Shown in pieces: positions 46,191-57,032 of a DNA stretch of 64,000 bases (positions within the stretch are counted from its first letter, which is position 1; the number at the start of each line of letters is the position of its first letter). A program made the position numbers and the translations under genes. The notes under the pieces were generated by a model. It was not told the DNA's origin. It saw only the letters and a program-made list of their open reading frames with translations, and made no database searches. The DNA lies in the NCBI GenBank assembly GCA_025594325.1, contig JANHCV010000003.1, forward strand, positions 2,294,001-2,358,000, read 5' to 3'. Origin of the DNA: Blastocladiella emersonii ATCC 22665. Taxonomy: Eukaryota; Fungi; Blastocladiomycota.

Positions 46191-46607
46191 GATTCAAGCA
46201 ATTTGCATAGAGTATGGGCAAGTTCTTTTAAGACAGCGGGTAGAGGGATGAGCTGGATCAGGGGGAAGGCGATCAGGAGGCGACTCGGGAGACAGCAAGG
46301 CGTGCTGCGCCACAGCTGAGACGATCAGGTGATGCTGGCGTGATATCCGAACGCGTGAGGCAACCCGTTCAGCACCGTGAGCGAGTCGCTTCGCAGCACG
46401 GAAAAGACTCTCAGAAAAACGTGCACGACCTGGTGAAGCCAAGCCAAGGCCCGCCGGATCAGAAAGTAGCGATGCTGACTCGCGCACTCAGTGCGCCTCG
46501 CGGCGGCGCATGCTTGGCATCGTCCTCCGCACCCTCCGCTTTCGCGTTGCAGTATCGCCGTCGCTTGGATCTCACCAGGAGCCGAGTCCGTGGCCGCGGC
46601 TGCGAAG

Positions 46608-49044
46608 CGCGAGCCGGTGTGGCTGCGCCCTCGAGCCCCAGAGCTGCGCCACCTCGGCGCCCTGTGACCGCCACAACGCCCCGCGCCGGCGCCGATCCTG
46701 AACCACACTCGAGCCGCTGATACGCGTCTCAGCAGCTGCCTCGGCGCCGCGCCAGCCCGCCGCGTCGCGTCTCAGAGAAATGGAAGGAGCGAAACGCCAG
46801 CATCCGATCGCGGCTCGTTTCCCGCTCACAGGCGGCTTTCGGGACCTGGCGTTACGTGAACGGTTGTTATTCCTGTCTCGCTGCTGTCGACTCGCACGCG
46901 ATGCAAGTTCCGACTTGTTGGGTCGTGCAGCCCTGAGGGAGGAGCGCGGGGCGTATAAGAACCGCGCGCGACCCGCGTCCCTCCAGAGTGATCCGCACCT
47001 ACCGACGTAGATCGTCGCTGCCCTACACATACACTCCCCAATATCGACTGTTAGAAGCCATCACCTCAATCAGCATCATGACCTCGTCCACCTATTCGCA
47101 CCGCCGCCCGCGCATCGGCCGCCTCACGGCCGTGGCCGTGGCGACGCTCGTCCTCGCCGCCCTCGCCACCTCGCCCGCGACCCAAGCCGCGCCCGCCGCC
47201 AACGAGGCGTCACCGCTGCTGGTCCCCGAGGCCCGAGAGTTCATCAAGGTGTCGTTCGGCAAGGCCAACATTGACGTGCAGCTCCCGCCCGGCGCCGGTC
47301 GCCAGCCGGGCAACGGCACCGCCACGGCGACCGCGCCCGCTTCCACCTCGGCGGCCACCGCAACGGCATCGGCCCCGCCGGCCTCGAGCACCGCCGCGAC
47401 CGGCACCGCGTCCGCTGCTGCCCTGCGCGGCGCGAGCACGACGGCTCCGTCGCTCGCCGCCGTCGAGGAGGTCGTCAACCGCCGCCCCAAGGCCAACAAC
47501 AACAACAACGGCGGCGCCATCGTGTTCCCCAACGACGACGGCTCGATCGTCTTCCCCGGCCAGCGTGCTCCCGCGCGCAAGGCCGCGCCGCCCGCCACGA
47601 CCACCACGCGTAACCCGACCGCGGCGGCCCCGCCTGCACGCAAGGCCAAGGCCGACGACGGCGCGATCGCGTTCCCCGGCGACCAGAACAACGGGAATGA
47701 CGGCGGCATCGTGTTCCCCGGCCAGCCGCCCGCGCGTCCTCCCACCTCAACAACCAGTGCCGCACCACCAACAACGCCGTCGGGCACGCCCACGCCCGTG
47801 ACGCGCAACGGACACGTCGTCGTGTTCGAGCAGACCATCGACGTGGCCCAGGTCCAGCCGGGCGCCAAGAACATCTTCTGGTCGCGCCTGCACTTTGACA
47901 AGGCGCAGACCAAGCTGCGCGAGAACTTTATCCGCGTCGACTTTCCCGGGTTCGGCGAGGACCTGCCGGGCGACATTCTGCGCATCACGTCGCTGGCCGA
48001 CGGCGCGGTGCAGTTCCTCAACTTCGAGTCCATCGCGCAGTGGAACTTCCGGTCGGCCGTCTTCAACGGCGGCAAGCTCAAGATCGAGCTGCTCGCCGAC
48101 CCGAACACGGATCCCAAGGAAAAGCCGTCGGTGATCGTGTCGCAGCTCGAGACCAACACGCAGACCGGGTTCGGGTCCAACAAGGCGCAGCTGCCGCCGC
48201 CCGCGTCGCTGTGCACGGCCGCCGACGAGCGCAAGGCGTCGTCGGACCCGCGGTCCACGCGAATTTTCCCCGTAGGTTGCAGCGCCTGGACCATCACGGA
48301 CAAGAACGGGTGCCACGTCACGGCGGGCCACTGCTTCCAGGGCAAGGAGCTCGAGGACCAGATCATCCAGGTCAACGTGCCGCAGTCGGCGGTCATCACG
48401 ACCGCGGGCCAGCGCACGGCCATCCTGCGCCACCCGCACCCCAAGTTCCAGTTTGCCGTCGACACCAAGTCGGTGCAGTTCAACCTGACGCCGCTCAGCG
48501 GGGGCGAGGCCGCCGAGGACTGGGCGTATTTCGGGACCTTCCCAAACCCGAACACGGGCATGACGCACCGCGAGACGATCGGCAACAAGGCGTACACGCT
48601 GGCCAAGGTCGACGCCGCGACGGGCAACCTCGACGCGGCCAACGCGGTCAAGGCGGGCGACGCCGTCAAGATCTACGGCTACGGCTTCGTCACGTCGCAG
48701 GCGCGCAAGCAAATGTCGCAGGTGCAGCAGGAGGCCGACGGCAAGGTCGTGTCGCTGCCCGACCGCTTCCACGTGCGTCACCGTATTGACACTGAGGGCG
48801 GCTGCAGCGGCGCGGTAATTAGTGTCGGAGACGTCGCCGTGGGCATCCACACCAACGGCGGGTGCACCGCGCGGTCAGGCACGTCCGCCAACACGGGTTC
48901 GCTCGTCTCCATGCCCGCCTTCCAGCGCGCCATTGCGAGTCCCAAGGGCGTCTGCGCTGCTTAAACGTGTCGTATTATCAACAAGAATATAATATAGTTT
49001 ATATTCATCTCTTGGAACGGTCGTGTTGTTGATTGTCAGCGTGA
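46608..49044. repeat. Right arm of large inverted repeat (2437 bp)
   Basis: Reverse complement of 39811-42247; a diverged extension continues inward (46306-46607 vs 42248-42570). Confidence 0.95.
47078..48964 (+). CDS. Secreted trypsin-like (S1, bacterial-type) serine protease, copy 2
   Basis: Translation identical to copy 1. Confidence 0.88.
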   Translation: MTSSTYSHRRPRIGRLTAVAVATLVLAALATSPATQAAPAANEASPLLVPEAREFIKVSFGKANIDVQLPPGAGRQPGNGTATATAPASTSAATATASAPPASSTAATGTASAAALRGASTTAPSLAAVEEVVNRRPKANNNNNGGAIVFPNDDGSIVFPGQRAPARKAAPPATTTTRNPTAAAPPARKAKADDGAIAFPGDQNNGNDGGIVFPGQPPARPPTSTTSAAPPTTPSGTPTPVTRNGHVVVFEQTIDVAQVQPGAKNIFWSRLHFDKAQTKLRENFIRVDFPGFGEDLPGDILRITSLADGAVQFLNFESIAQWNFRSAVFNGGKLKIELLADPNTDPKEKPSVIVSQLETNTQTGFGSNKAQLPPPASLCTAADERKASSDPRSTRIFPVGCSAWTITDKNGCHVTAGHCFQGKELEDQIIQVNVPQSAVITTAGQRTAILRHPHPKFQFAVDTKSVQFNLTPLSGGEAAEDWAYFGTFPNPNTGMTHRETIGNKAYTLAKVDAATGNLDAANAVKAGDAVKIYGYGFVTSQARKQMSQVQQEADGKVVSLPDRFHVRHRIDTEGGCSGAVISVGDVAVGIHTNGGCTARSGTSANTGSLVSMPAFQRAIASPKGVCAA

Positions 49045-49571
49045 TGTGATCCATGGCCACAGTCGCGAGTCGACTTCCTTTCCCTGCGCGCGTCCTCGCT
49101 TCAATTTGAGAGATTCGGTTCTTACAGAGCACTTTAGATAGGAGAAGTCACTGAGGGATCCACAATAACTGCTGGAAGTGCCGTTGTGTTGATAGTACGC
49201 GTAAACCATGGCCATGGCCGCGATCGCGCCCACCTCCTCGTTCCCAACACATACTGATCTCAATCCGAAACTTAAATCTCTCCCGCTCTTCCTTTATCGA
49301 AGTCGCCGCCTTGGTGATTCGCCCGACACGCTCATGTCATGGATGGCCATGACGTGGCCACGGCCGCCGCTCACTTCCGCGCTGATTGAAGTTACGCTGC
49401 GTCTCCCGCGCGACGCGCGTCCGCCTTGTCGATGACCGTTCTCTCGTGCATTCCTCACCTCCCTTGACTGTTGAACCCGTTCGGGCCTCCCCTCTCGATC
49501 CGCACAATAGTCATACACGCAATGATCATTCACTCCCACAAATGCAAACCTCCTCCACCAACTCACCTCCA

Positions 49572-52500
49572 TCACTCCCCGCCGCGACCCCACCACGTCG
49601 AGATCCGCGAAAACAGTCCGCGCGACTTGGACTTGGACCGCTTAGCCGCCGTTGCCGCGGACGTGGACGACGACCGGGCGGGCGCGGCCTGCGCGACGAC
49701 CGTGACCTTGCCCGCCCCACCACTGCCGCCGTTACCCGGCGTGAGCGTGAGCGACTTGGACCGCGGCGACGGCAGCGTCGTGACGGACATGCGCGGCTCG
49801 TTGCTCGGGCGTCTACCGCGGGCCATTTCGTCGGGCGCGACGGTGACCGCGAGCGGGATCGACTTGGTACGCGGTGGTGGCGGTGGTGCTGTGCTGCCCG
49901 TGTCGCTGCTGTCCTCGGCCGCGATCGCCACGTCGTCCGAGACGTTCGACGCGAGCGACAGCGACTCGCCCGTGATCTCGAGCAGCGACCGGCGGCGGCG
50001 CGGGAGCTCGGCCCACTTGAGGTTGCTGCGGCGGCGCGAGGAGGATGCGGATCCAGAGTCTGACGGGGCGTCGTCGTCGTCGTCGCCGGCCGAAGTGGGC
50101 GGATCGAACAGCGACGAAGTGATACTCGGGCGGGGCGCAGAGGCGGACGCACGCGCGCCAAGCGTCTTGCTGCGGCCGAGCGCGGGGACGGGAGGCGGAG
50201 CGATGGTCGCCGAGGTGCGCGGTGGCGAAGGGAGGGTCGCGGACGAGTAGATGGGCGCGGAGGTCGGGCGGCCGAACGTCGGGAACAGCGACGAGACGAC
50301 CGACGTGTGCACGATCGTCGAGCGGGCGGCCAGCGAAAGCGGCGGCGACGCAGTCTCCTCGGGCACGGCGCCGAGTTCGCCCGCGGACAGCTCGGGCGAC
50401 TCGTTGTCGAGCGACGTGCACGAGTCGGCGGGCGCCTCGGTCTGCAGCGCGCTCGTCGGGAGCTCCGTCACGGCGCACTCGTCGTCGTCAGCCTGGAGGT
50501 CGGTGGACAGCAGCGACGCAGACGAGATCGACTGCCGTTGCACGGGTGGCGCATGCACCGTGGTCTCGTCGACGTCAACCTGTTTGGTATCGAACACCGA
50601 GTCGACCTTGACAACGTGCGGCGGGTTGCTGATCGGGATCGAGCGCGAGGCGCGGCGGTCGAGCAGCACCTGGAGCGGGATTTGGTCCTCGTCTTGCGTC
50701 GACGCGTCGCCGTTCGCGGGCTGAATCTGCTGCTCGACGGGCGGCGCGTGCACCTCGATGGCGACGGGGGCCGCGGGGGTCGCGGGAATGGGCTCGGCGT
50801 CGTCCTGCTGGGCTGCAGCGACGGGCGACGACTCGCATTCGACAGCGAGTGACGACGGATCGGCGGGCTTGAGCTGGGAAACGGTCTCGACGACGGCGGC
50901 CTTGTCCGAGACAGGCGCGACAGGCAGGACGTCGTCAGCAGCACATGGCTCGGCGGCCGGTTCCATAGCGGGCTCGCACGGCAGCTGCGCGTCGCTGCCG
51001 TGGGCGAGCGCCGACTCGGCACCAGGCAGCTCGGATGCTTCCACCGCGGCCACCTCAATGGCGGCGGGGGCAGCGGGAACGGCCACATCCGTAACCTCGT
51101 CAGCCTCGGAAACCGTGATCCCAGCGGCAGGTCGCTCGAACGCGGACTCGGCCGTGTTGGTCGCGGGCGAAGCCGTCTCGACGAGCGCGATCCGCGTGTC
51201 AGTGGCGGGCGAAGGCGTCGCATCGGCATCGAGCGTCACGGGCGCAGCCACCTCGACAGCGGCGTGGGCGTCAAAAACGGCGGGCTCCGACGTGTCGAAC
51301 TCGGGCGTCTCGAGCACGACAACGGCTTCCTCCATCTCGCTCGCGAACTCGGCGGTTGTTGCCGAAACCGCGACGAACGACGACGATTTGGCCGCCGACG
51401 CCGAGGTGGTGGTGGTGGTGGTCGTCGTGGTGGTGACCTTGGTGACGACGATTTGCTTGACCTGCTTCGCTGCCGCCGTCGCCGCTGCTGCGGCCGCCGG
51501 CTGCTCCTCGAGGACGGGCGAGATGACGGGTTCAGGGACGGGCGAGGCGGGTTCAACCGCGGTCGCGGGCGCGACAGGTACAGCAACAGGCGCGGGCGCA
51601 ACCGGTCGAGCGACTGGCGATGCCATGCCCGGACCAGCCGCCGCCGCCGTCGGCGACCCGCTGGCTGGCCGCTTGGCGCCGAGCACGATCCCAAAATCCT
51701 CCTCGTCGTCGTCCTCGTCGCTGCTCTCGTACCCCGACGCGTCGTCACCGTCGTCAAACTCGCTCACCTCCTCGGCGGCGGAGACGTGCTGCTGCTGCAC
51801 CGGCTGCGCCGCGGGCGCCGCGTACTGCTGCTGCTGGGCGAGCGCAGCGAGCCGGGCGGACGACGACGCGCGGATGAGCGCGGCCATGGGTCCCATAGAG
51901 ACGAGCGACGAGCTGGACTTCAGCCGGATCGGCGGGCGGTGCGCGTCGTCGTCATCGTCATCCACGTCGCTCGGGATCGCGGACGCGAGCTCAGCGAGAT
52001 TGACCGCGTCGATCGCGTACCCCGCCGAGTCGAGGGCGAGGACCGACGACACGGGCGTCGCGGTTTCGTGGCGGCTGCTGGGCGCGCCTGGGTGTGCCGT
52101 CGTGGAGACCGCGGACAGGGGCGTGTCGGAGGGCCGCGCGCCGACGCCCTGGGTCTTGAGCAGCCACCCGAGGACCGCGGCCTGCACCTCGTAGTCGTCC
52201 TCGTCGAGCTCGGCGAAATTGCCGAGCGTGCCCTTGCCGAGGCTCGCGAGCGAGACCGACGACACGGTGCGTTTCGGGATCCCGTGGCCGTGGCCCGCCG
52301 CGGCGGAGGGTCGCGGGAGCGTCCACGGGTCAACGAACGGCGCCACGTCCGACTCGGGGTACATGTCCGACTTGGACGGCTGGTGCAGCGACGGCGTCGC
52401 GGGGACCGAGGACCCGGCCCACACCGAGCCGCACTGCTGCGCGGCCGCGTCGGCGGGCGGCCACGCGGCGGCGTTGCTCATGGACGCGACCGAGTACGAC

Positions 52501-54601
52501 CGCTTGAGCTTGAGCGGCGGGCGGATATCGTCGTCCTCGGAGTGCTCGTCGCTCGCGGCGGCGGGCGTCACGAGGTCGTCGAACCCGGTGGCCGCGGCCC
52601 ACGGCGCAGGCGATTTCGGCGTGCCGGGGACCGCCGAGTTGCGGCGGCGGTGGAGCAGCGGGTCGGCGCTCTCGACGGCGAGCGTGAAGTCGGCGTCGAA
52701 CTCGTTGACGGGCCACGCGTAGTGGTTCTCCGAGGCCGCCGCGGGCGAGGGGTCGACGAGCGCGGGGTTCGTGACGATCGACAGCGGCGCGCTCGCGAAC
52801 CGGCGCCGAGGCGGGCGCGTCGACACGCCGTCGCCGGCGTCCTCGTCGGACGTGGCGGCGGGGTGAAACCGCGAGTACGTCCAGTTGAGCCGCTGTTGGT
52901 GCTGCTGCTGCTCGTACGTGAGCGAGGTCGCCGACGACTGTCTGGCGGAGGAAACCGTAGTCGTGGTGGTCGTCGTCACCTTGGTCACGACGACGCGGCG
53001 GATGATGCGGCGGTCCTCGACGGGCAGGTGCTCGTCGGCCGGCTCGTACACGTACTCGTACGTGAGCCCATCGTCGGCCTCGAACTGCGCGCCGACGCGC
53101 ACGGTGCGGCGCGGCGGGCGCACGAGCGAGTCGGATGAGGACGAGGAGTCGCTGTCGCTGTCGTCGCTCGAGGAGGACGGCGCGCTGGCGTGTTTCGCGG
53201 TGGGCGTGGACACGCGGTAACTCGACTCGTGCGCGACGTCGTCATCGGCGTGGTGATGATGGTGCCGACGGTGGTGGTGGTGCGTCGTAGTAGTCTGCTT
53301 GGTGCGCGACAGATGGGACGGGTGCGAGTGGATGTGGGTGTGGGTGTGGTGGTGCTGGCGGGTGACGACGACGCGGGTGATGCGGCGGAGCTCGGGGCGC
53401 GTCTCGTCGTCGTCGCTGCAGTCGCTCGAGTCGCTCGAAGAGGATGACGAGGAAGAAGACGAGGACGAGTCGCTGCGGAGGAACGAGTACGGAATGACCT
53501 CGTTGGCCTTGGACGGCGGTCCGCTCGGCCGCCAGTCCTCGCGGCCCTGGTCCTCGGCGAACGCGACGTGGCGGCCCTCCTCGTGGCGGTGGAACCCCGC
53601 CGATGTCGTCGTCATGGTATGCGTCGCCGCGTACGACGCGTAGCTCGAGCTCGCCGCGAACCACCGGTTGACCGTGGTCGTCCTGACGCGCCACCATCGG
53701 ACGAGCATAGCGCGCACGTCCTCGTTCATGCCGTGCGGGGTGACGATCTCGCCCGAGGACAGCTGCGGGTACCGCCACGGCTTGTTCTCGGCGCCGATGA
53801 AGTGGATGACGCGGACGTGGCGCTGGAACTCGCGGTAGGCGGGCGAGTACATGTACGAGGCGGACGGCGTGACGTTGTCGGTGAAGGGGAGGCGGCGCGC
53901 GAGGTCGCCGCGCCACGCGTCGCCAAAGTAGGCGTTGAGCAGGCCCTGGTCGCCGCCGTCGAAGCTGCCGTGCGCGCGCAGCTGGGCGCGCAGCGCGTCG
54001 TAGGTGGCCGTCGAGGGCACGGCGACGAAGACGCCCGAGTTGAACTACGCGGCGCTCGGCCGTTAGCAAGGGCGGATCGCTGGAGTATAACCGAGAGAAC
54101 GTACAATGTCGGGCCATCCCGAGTCGGGGGCAGCGCAAAAGTCGGGCTCGCGGTCGAACAGGTCGTCAATGTTGCTCACGACGAGGGTGTCGGCGTCAAG
54201 GAAGACGATGCGGTCAAACTGCGTCAGGGTCCAGGCCCACAGCTTGGAGAAGGAGATGTTGAGCTCGGGGCGGCGCAGCAGGGCGAGGCGCGGGTCGTCG
54301 ACGACGATCGGGTCGACGGGGACCAGCACGTCGAAGGCGGCGCGCAGGCGCGCCAGCGTCGAGGAGCGGACGTGCGACGTGTGCATGACGACGAGCGGGT
54401 ACGGCGTTCCTGTTCCACGGAAAGTCAGCGATGGAGGGGGATGATGGGCTCGCTGATCAGGACAGGGTCCGCACCGGCATCCCGCAGCGAGGCGGCCAGG
54501 ACGAGCGCGCCGTCGGCGTAGTTGTCGGAGGTGATGAGCGTGACGTAGGCCCTCCGCGGCGCGCCGGGCGGCGGCGACACGGCGGGTCGCTGGGCGTCCA
54601 T
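49572..54601 (-). CDS. GLG1: Glycogenin (GT8) with a very long disordered C-terminal extension (~1634 aa), 3 exons
   Basis: join(54601..54475, 54409..54105, 54044..49572); AYVTLITSDNY..GALVL, FSKLWAWTLTQFDRIVFLDAD, PDSGWPDIFNSGVFV, SFDGGDQGLLN, YMYSPAY, HFIGAENKPW. Confidence 0.9.
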
Positions 54602-55269
54602 GGCGACGGCGGCAACGGCAGCGAGGTGCGGTTGCAGTGGCAGCCGCGTCGGCGCGAGTCGATGGCGTTGCAAGTAGTACGGGGCGGTCGGCCCGGTCTA
54701 GCAGAAGATACGTTGGGCCGCGCGGCGGATGGTTGAGAGAGCGGGAGCGGGAGCGGAGCGCAACCTTCGACAAGGTCGGCAAGCCGGCCGATGGGAACCC
54801 GCTCGCGCTCGCGACTCGCCGACCCGGCCCACATCACATCCCCAACCTAATCGACGTCGGCGGCAGCGCCCACGCGGCCGCCATTTCGCGACGTCGGTGA
54901 CTGATTGATACGCGGGCGGAGATCGCCACGGCGGCGGCGAGACAGGCCTATCGCCGGTCCCTGCTTGAGCAAATGCACTTATCCGCGCGGAGGTGCATGA
55001 ACGGCTGCAGCCTGTGCGTCACCGGCTGCTGCGGCTGCTCCACGATCACCCGCGTATACAGATATCCCACCCGAATAGCGGCCGAATAGCGCGGATAGCG
55101 ACGCGTGCGTGGCTTCGTCGTCGCGCCGCTCGCCGACTTCGCCCCACCACCACCGCCCATCGCCCCCACGTCCTCACCCGATGTCAACCAAACCGTAGTC
55201 GATTCCAGACTTGATGCAACTTGCGCTGGCCGCATAGCCTCCCTCCCCCTTCCATCCTCGCTCAGCAGC

Positions 55270-56820
55270 ATGCCTCCAGCCACCGCGCCACCACAACCAG
55301 GGACCGCCGCGGCGCCAACCTCGCCGCCCACGCCCGCGCGCCGGTGCATCGTGTGCAGCGACCCGGCGACGTCGGCGTGCTCGCAGTGCGGGCCCGCCGT
55401 GGCGTACTGCAGCCAGGCGTGCCAGCTCGACGACTGGCCGCGCCACGCCTCCGAGTGCAAGTCTGGTGCGGCGACGCGTGCCGCAGCATCCTCTTCCTCG
55501 GCAGCACCAGGAGCAGTCGCGCCCGACACCACGTCGGGTCCAAGGAACCGGTTCCAGGCCGCGCCCGCCGAGCCGCACCACGCGGCGCCGCACCTGGTGG
55601 TGCCCGAGGCGACGCGGGCGCGGCTCGAGGACCTGGGCTTCGACCCGGACGCGGCGGCGGACCTGCTCTTCTACACGGGGCAGGTGTTCCAGCTCATGAA
55701 GCCGATCCTGATCTGCATCGCCCTGTCGATTGCGTGGACCAAGATCTCGCTCGCCAGTACCGACTTCCGCCCCGCGTCGTCCATCTGGACCGTGTACCAG
55801 GAGACGCCGTCGAGCACGGGCGGCGAGCGGCTGGCGGGCGGGTTCGCCAACGCGGGGATCATCCTGGGCCAGATCGCGGTCATGACGGTGCTCCTGGTCG
55901 TGCTGTTCAAGTACAACTGCATGAAGGTCATCTACGGCATCTTCGGCCTCGTCATGATCAGCGTGCTCGGGTTCACGGGCTTCCTGCTGCTGCTCGCCGT
56001 CATCCAGGTCGGCCGCGTCGTCATCGACTACATCACGCTCACCTTTGCGCTCTACAATTTCGCGATTGTCGGGATCGCGGCCATCTTCTGGCGCGCGCCG
56101 CGCTGGGTCCAGCAAGTGTACCTGGTCCTCATGTCGTCGCTCATGGCGTTTGCCCTGACCGGCCTGCAGGAGTGGACCACGTGGATCCTCCTCGGCCTGC
56201 TCGTCGTGTGGGACCTGTTCGCGGTCCTGTCGCCGTACGGCCCGCTGCGCCACCTGCTCAACACGGTCAAGGAGAAGAACCAGTCCATCGAGATGCTCGT
56301 CTACTCGGTCGGCGGGTGCGTCTGGATGATGTCCTCGTTCGGCGCCCGCGCTACGTCGGGCCCCGCCGACGCGGCGCTCCGCCGCCACAGCAGCCTCATC
56401 GACGACGGCAGCGACTCGCGCATCCTCATGGACGGCGGCGGCGCTACGACGCCCGCACCATCATCCTCGCGCGACGCGCCACCACCACCCGCCGCCACCG
56501 GCTCCGCCCCCGCCCCCGCCGAGGACGAGGAAGACGACGACGAGGACGACGACGGCGGGCTCAAGCTCGGTCTGGGCGACTTCGTCTTCTACTCTGTGCT
56601 GACGGCGCGCGCGGCCATGAACGACTGGATCACGACGGTCGCGTCCATCATCGCGGTCACGGCGGGCATGACGCTGACCATCTTCCTGCTCGCCATCTTC
56701 CGCAAGGCGCTGCCCGCGCTCCCCATCAGCATCACCTTCGGCATGCTCTTCTACTTTTGCTCGGCCGTCACGCTGTCGCCGCTCATGGAGGCGGTCGCGA
56801 ACCAGGGGCTCGTCCTGTGA
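55270..56820 (+). CDS. PSEN: Presenilin with N-terminal MYND zinc finger, 516 aa, intronless
   Basis: Catalytic WDLFAVL and GLGDFVFY, PALPISI, multiple TMs; N-terminal CIVC..ATSACSQC...YCSQACQLDDWPRHASEC. Confidence 0.93.
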   Translation: MPPATAPPQPGTAAAPTSPPTPARRCIVCSDPATSACSQCGPAVAYCSQACQLDDWPRHASECKSGAATRAAASSSSAAPGAVAPDTTSGPRNRFQAAPAEPHHAAPHLVVPEATRARLEDLGFDPDAAADLLFYTGQVFQLMKPILICIALSIAWTKISLASTDFRPASSIWTVYQETPSSTGGERLAGGFANAGIILGQIAVMTVLLVVLFKYNCMKVIYGIFGLVMISVLGFTGFLLLLAVIQVGRVVIDYITLTFALYNFAIVGIAAIFWRAPRWVQQVYLVLMSSLMAFALTGLQEWTTWILLGLLVVWDLFAVLSPYGPLRHLLNTVKEKNQSIEMLVYSVGGCVWMMSSFGARATSGPADAALRRHSSLIDDGSDSRILMDGGGATTPAPSSSRDAPPPPAATGSAPAPAEDEEDDDEDDDGGLKLGLGDFVFYSVLTARAAMNDWITTVASIIAVTAGMTLTIFLLAIFRKALPALPISITFGMLFYFCSAVTLSPLMEAVANQGLVL

Positions 56821-57032
56821 GCCTCCTCGACTTATATATACACAGTTTCTTAGACACTCGCGCCGATGAAGCAGGGTCCACGCGTCGGGCGAGTGGCGCC
56901 CCGGTGGCCCCGCGCTGCGCCGCGCACGCCGTCCCTCGCTTGCTCATCAAATTCGGCCTCCTTCCCGCCTCACTCTTGCACAACAGCGCACTCCCTGCAA
57001 CTGCTACGCATCGACCACCAACCCACGCCGCC

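Noticed and set aside
39811-49044. Palindrome as a fold-back assembly chimera or a giant TIR transposon
   Set aside because: Diverged homologous flanks and a unique two-gene spacer argue against fold-back; there is no TSD, sharp terminus or transposase. Read-level confirmation is still needed.
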